The translations under genes and the position numbers were made by a program. Shown piece after piece: positions 61,840 to 64,000 of a stretch of DNA of 64,000 nucleotides (positions are counted from its first letter, which is position 1; each line of letters opens with the position of its first letter). The notes below the pieces were generated by a model. The model worked only from the letters and a program-made list of their open reading frames with translations, was not told the DNA's origin and made no database searches. Source of the stretch: an uncultured Poribacteria bacterium (GTDB lineage Bacteria; Poribacteria; WGA-4E; WGA-3G); the NCBI GenBank assembly GCA_951813565.1, contig OX638351.1, forward strand, positions 4,640,001 through 4,704,000. The letters run 5' to 3'.

Positions 61840-61918
61840 AAGGCATGAAACAAGGCATGGAACAAGGCATGGAACAAGGCATAGAACAAGGCATGGAACA
61901 AGGCATGGAACAAGGCGA
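61840..61918 (+). repeat. 12-bp tandem repeat (GMEQ), coding
   Basis: gaacaaggcatg about six times. Confidence 0.9.
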
Positions 61919-62152
61919 AAAGAAGGGTACTATCCAAAGCATTATCGCACTACTTGAGAGGCAATTCCAACCCGATGCAGTGCAAGTTTTAGAGCCGACT
62001 TTAGAGGGTATTGATGATTTACAACGCCTCAGAGAGTTGCTGCTTGCAGCATCTCAAGTTAATAGTCTTGAAACGTTCATGCAGTTTCTGACAAATGGAA
62101 ATGCCACTGAATCAGGGAATGGATTTCAATAAACGCGCTCTTAGAGGAGACA

Positions 62153-63232
62153 ATGCGACATCTGGTAACACTTGACGATTTATCGAATTTTGAGATTGAA
62201 CAGATTTTCCGGCTGGCAGCAGGAATGCAGTCGCAATTAGAGACATGGGCAGGAATCTGCCGTAGTAAATTGTTGGCAACTCTCTTCTATGAACCGAGCA
62301 CACGAACTCGACTCTCCTTTGAAAGTGCTATGGAACGTCTCAACGGCGGCACGCTTGGCTTTGCCGACCCAAGTTCAACTTCTGTGACAAAAGGTGAAAC
62401 GCTCGCCGACACAGCACGGATGGTCACGAACTACGCAGATGTTATAGTTATCCGCCACAGTTGGGCAGGTTCAGCGCGAGTCATGGCAACTTATGCCAAT
62501 ATCCCTGTCATCAACGGTGGAGACGGAAGCCACACACATCCGACACAAGCACTCACTGACCTCTATACGATTATTCGAAGGAAATCACAGGTGAAAGGTT
62601 TAACCGTTGGTATCTGTGGCGATCTCCGCTATGGACGCGCGGCGCACTCGTTTGCATTAGCAGTTGCAAGATTCGGTGGAAATCTGGTTCACATCGCCCC
62701 TAACGGGTTACAGATGCCACCCTGGATACTCACGCGGTTAGCGCAAATCCACGGACAGAAACCTCTTGAGGTAGAAAACGTCACAGAGGTCATTGAAACA
62801 CTTGATGTTATTTATGTGAATAGACTTCAAGAGGAGCGACTCCCGCCAACTGTAGATGCAGAAACGGTACGCGGAAGTTATCTGCTGAATGCTGCAGTGA
62901 TGAAAAATGCCAAACCGGATGCGATGATTATGCATCCGCTTCCACGCGTCAATGAACTCGCTTATGAATTAGATGATGACCCTCGTGCTGCCTATTTTGA
63001 ACAATCCGCGAATGCCGTGCCGGTTCGGATGGCACTTATTTCAAGTCTGATGGGGTTAGAACAACTTATTTTAACACAACCCCCAAAGCGAGACATTGGT
63101 GAGTCTTCCCATCAATGTGAAAACGCAAACTGTATAACTCACCATGAGACCTATCTTGTTCCTGAACATGAAACGTTTAGTGGTAATACAGAGATACACG
63201 GCTGTGCTTATTGTGGAAATCTGTTTTCGTGA
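62153..63232 (+). CDS. pyrB: Aspartate carbamoyltransferase with C-terminal PyrI-like zinc-binding extension
   Basis: FYEPSTRTRLSF, HPTQALTD, MHPLPR; tail CENANCIT...CAYC. Confidence 0.92.
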   Translation: MRHLVTLDDLSNFEIEQIFRLAAGMQSQLETWAGICRSKLLATLFYEPSTRTRLSFESAMERLNGGTLGFADPSSTSVTKGETLADTARMVTNYADVIVIRHSWAGSARVMATYANIPVINGGDGSHTHPTQALTDLYTIIRRKSQVKGLTVGICGDLRYGRAAHSFALAVARFGGNLVHIAPNGLQMPPWILTRLAQIHGQKPLEVENVTEVIETLDVIYVNRLQEERLPPTVDAETVRGSYLLNAAVMKNAKPDAMIMHPLPRVNELAYELDDDPRAAYFEQSANAVPVRMALISSLMGLEQLILTQPPKRDIGESSHQCENANCITHHETYLVPEHETFSGNTEIHGCAYCGNLFS

Positions 63233-63305
63233 TAGAGAGCCAAATGGTTTGATGAATTCGCATGCGTTTCTTGTTGAATCCGATGTTCCTACACACAAAG
63301 ATAGT

Positions 63306-64000
63306 CTAATCATCCTCTGATTCTACAGGTTCGGGAATCTTGGACACCAATCCATCTTTCTCTATGATAGCGGTTCGCGCAATCCGCCATAGAGGCCCTT
63401 TAGGACTAACGGCTTGCCATCCACCTTCGTGGAAAGTGACCACAACATAGTCCTTTTCGGTATCCGGCGCATGATCGGGAAACATTCCCCGTGTTGCCCA
63501 GTTGGTATAGGTAACAGGTTCACCACTATCCCATGCCCATACACCCTCTTTTTCTACATCATTGAGTCCTATCCAAAAATGTGGGTCTCTAAACATTACC
63601 TGAACCCAAAACTGTTCTTCTTCGTCGTTGATGGAAACAAGATGCGCGCCTTCCGCAATCGCTTTCTGTTGTGCATCGAGCCAACCCTGGCAGAAAATCT
63701 TCGCGTATGCGTGTCCATTTGCAGGGTTAATGATCCACACTATTTTCTCTCGTTGCCGAGCGATTGGTTGACGTACATTCTCATCGACAAACACCTCATT
63801 AATAAAACGTCGAGCTTTCTCCTCATCAAGTTTTTTAAGGTCACCAGTAGGGCGTTTCGCAATAACCGGGTTACCGTCAAGTCTAATTACAATATTCTCA
63901 GGGTGCTCGTCTTTTTTGATAAGAAATGGACCTGCCCCTCCAGAAAATGTTTTATATTTTACAGAAAGCGTGTAATACCCCTGATCTTCCCTATATTCAG
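63306..64000 (-). CDS. C-type lectin domain protein, 3' part (open to the right edge)
   Basis: NPANGHAY, HLVSINDEEEQ, WIGLND, WDSGEPVTYTNW; frame stays open upstream of 63794 to base 64000. Confidence 0.8.
   Translation of the reverse strand, partial: EYREDQGYYTLSVKYKTFSGGAGPFLIKKDEHPENIVIRLDGNPVIAKRPTGDLKKLDEEKARRFINEVFVDENVRQPIARQREKIVWIINPANGHAYAKIFCQGWLDAQQKAIAEGAHLVSINDEEEQFWVQVMFRDPHFWIGLNDVEKEGVWAWDSGEPVTYTNWATRGMFPDHAPDTEKDYVVVTFHEGGWQAVSPKGPLWRIARTAIIEKDGLVSKIPEPVESEDD

Larger units (their letters stand above)
60727..62132 (+). pseudogene. Rpn family PD-(D/E)XK nuclease/transposase-like gene interrupted by the 404-bp element
   Basis: MAQYYDNAVK...IKVL(E) | KLETEQPTLKTHQNDSTLKV...HTEVQ joins in frame on removing 60827-61230; LLPFTPLM, MQESPFFQ, GMEQ repeats. 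Confidence 0.85.

Noticed and set aside
61840..61918. GMEQ tandem repeat as a novel feature
   Set aside because: Such repeats are routine in Rpn-family C-termini

Overview
Bacterial chromosomal window. The gene mix (dockerin-tailed secreted proteins, PhyH dioxygenase, Uma2 and Rpn nucleases, C-type lectin protein, dense palindromic repeats) suggests Candidatus Poribacteria or a relative; this is an inference, not a search result. Housekeeping genes (thrS, cysteine desulfurase, uvrC, trmB, glnD, tsaB, aroC, pyrD, pyrB) alternate with accessory blocks. Highlights: (1) Two identical 404-bp protein-free IS200/IS605-type elements (12131-12534, 60827-61230). Each sits 3' of TTAG with no target duplication and carries its own promoter, a ~300-nt structured RNA and a TnpB-omegaRNA-like right end; one copy splits an Rpn-family gene that precise excision would restore. 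(2) A HerA-NurA-DNA methyltransferase operon and a PARIS-like ABC-ATPase/TOPRIM pair, both candidate defence systems. (3) A candidate polyphosphate cluster (split CHAD, ROK kinase, VTC/CYTH-like protein, frameshifted mgtE). (4) A nested set of MITE/REP repeats, one inactivating a paralog and one read in frame inside tsaB. (5) An unexplained structured non-coding region upstream of thrS. No CRISPR array, rRNA or tRNA was recognised. All family calls are by-eye motif recognition, without database searches.
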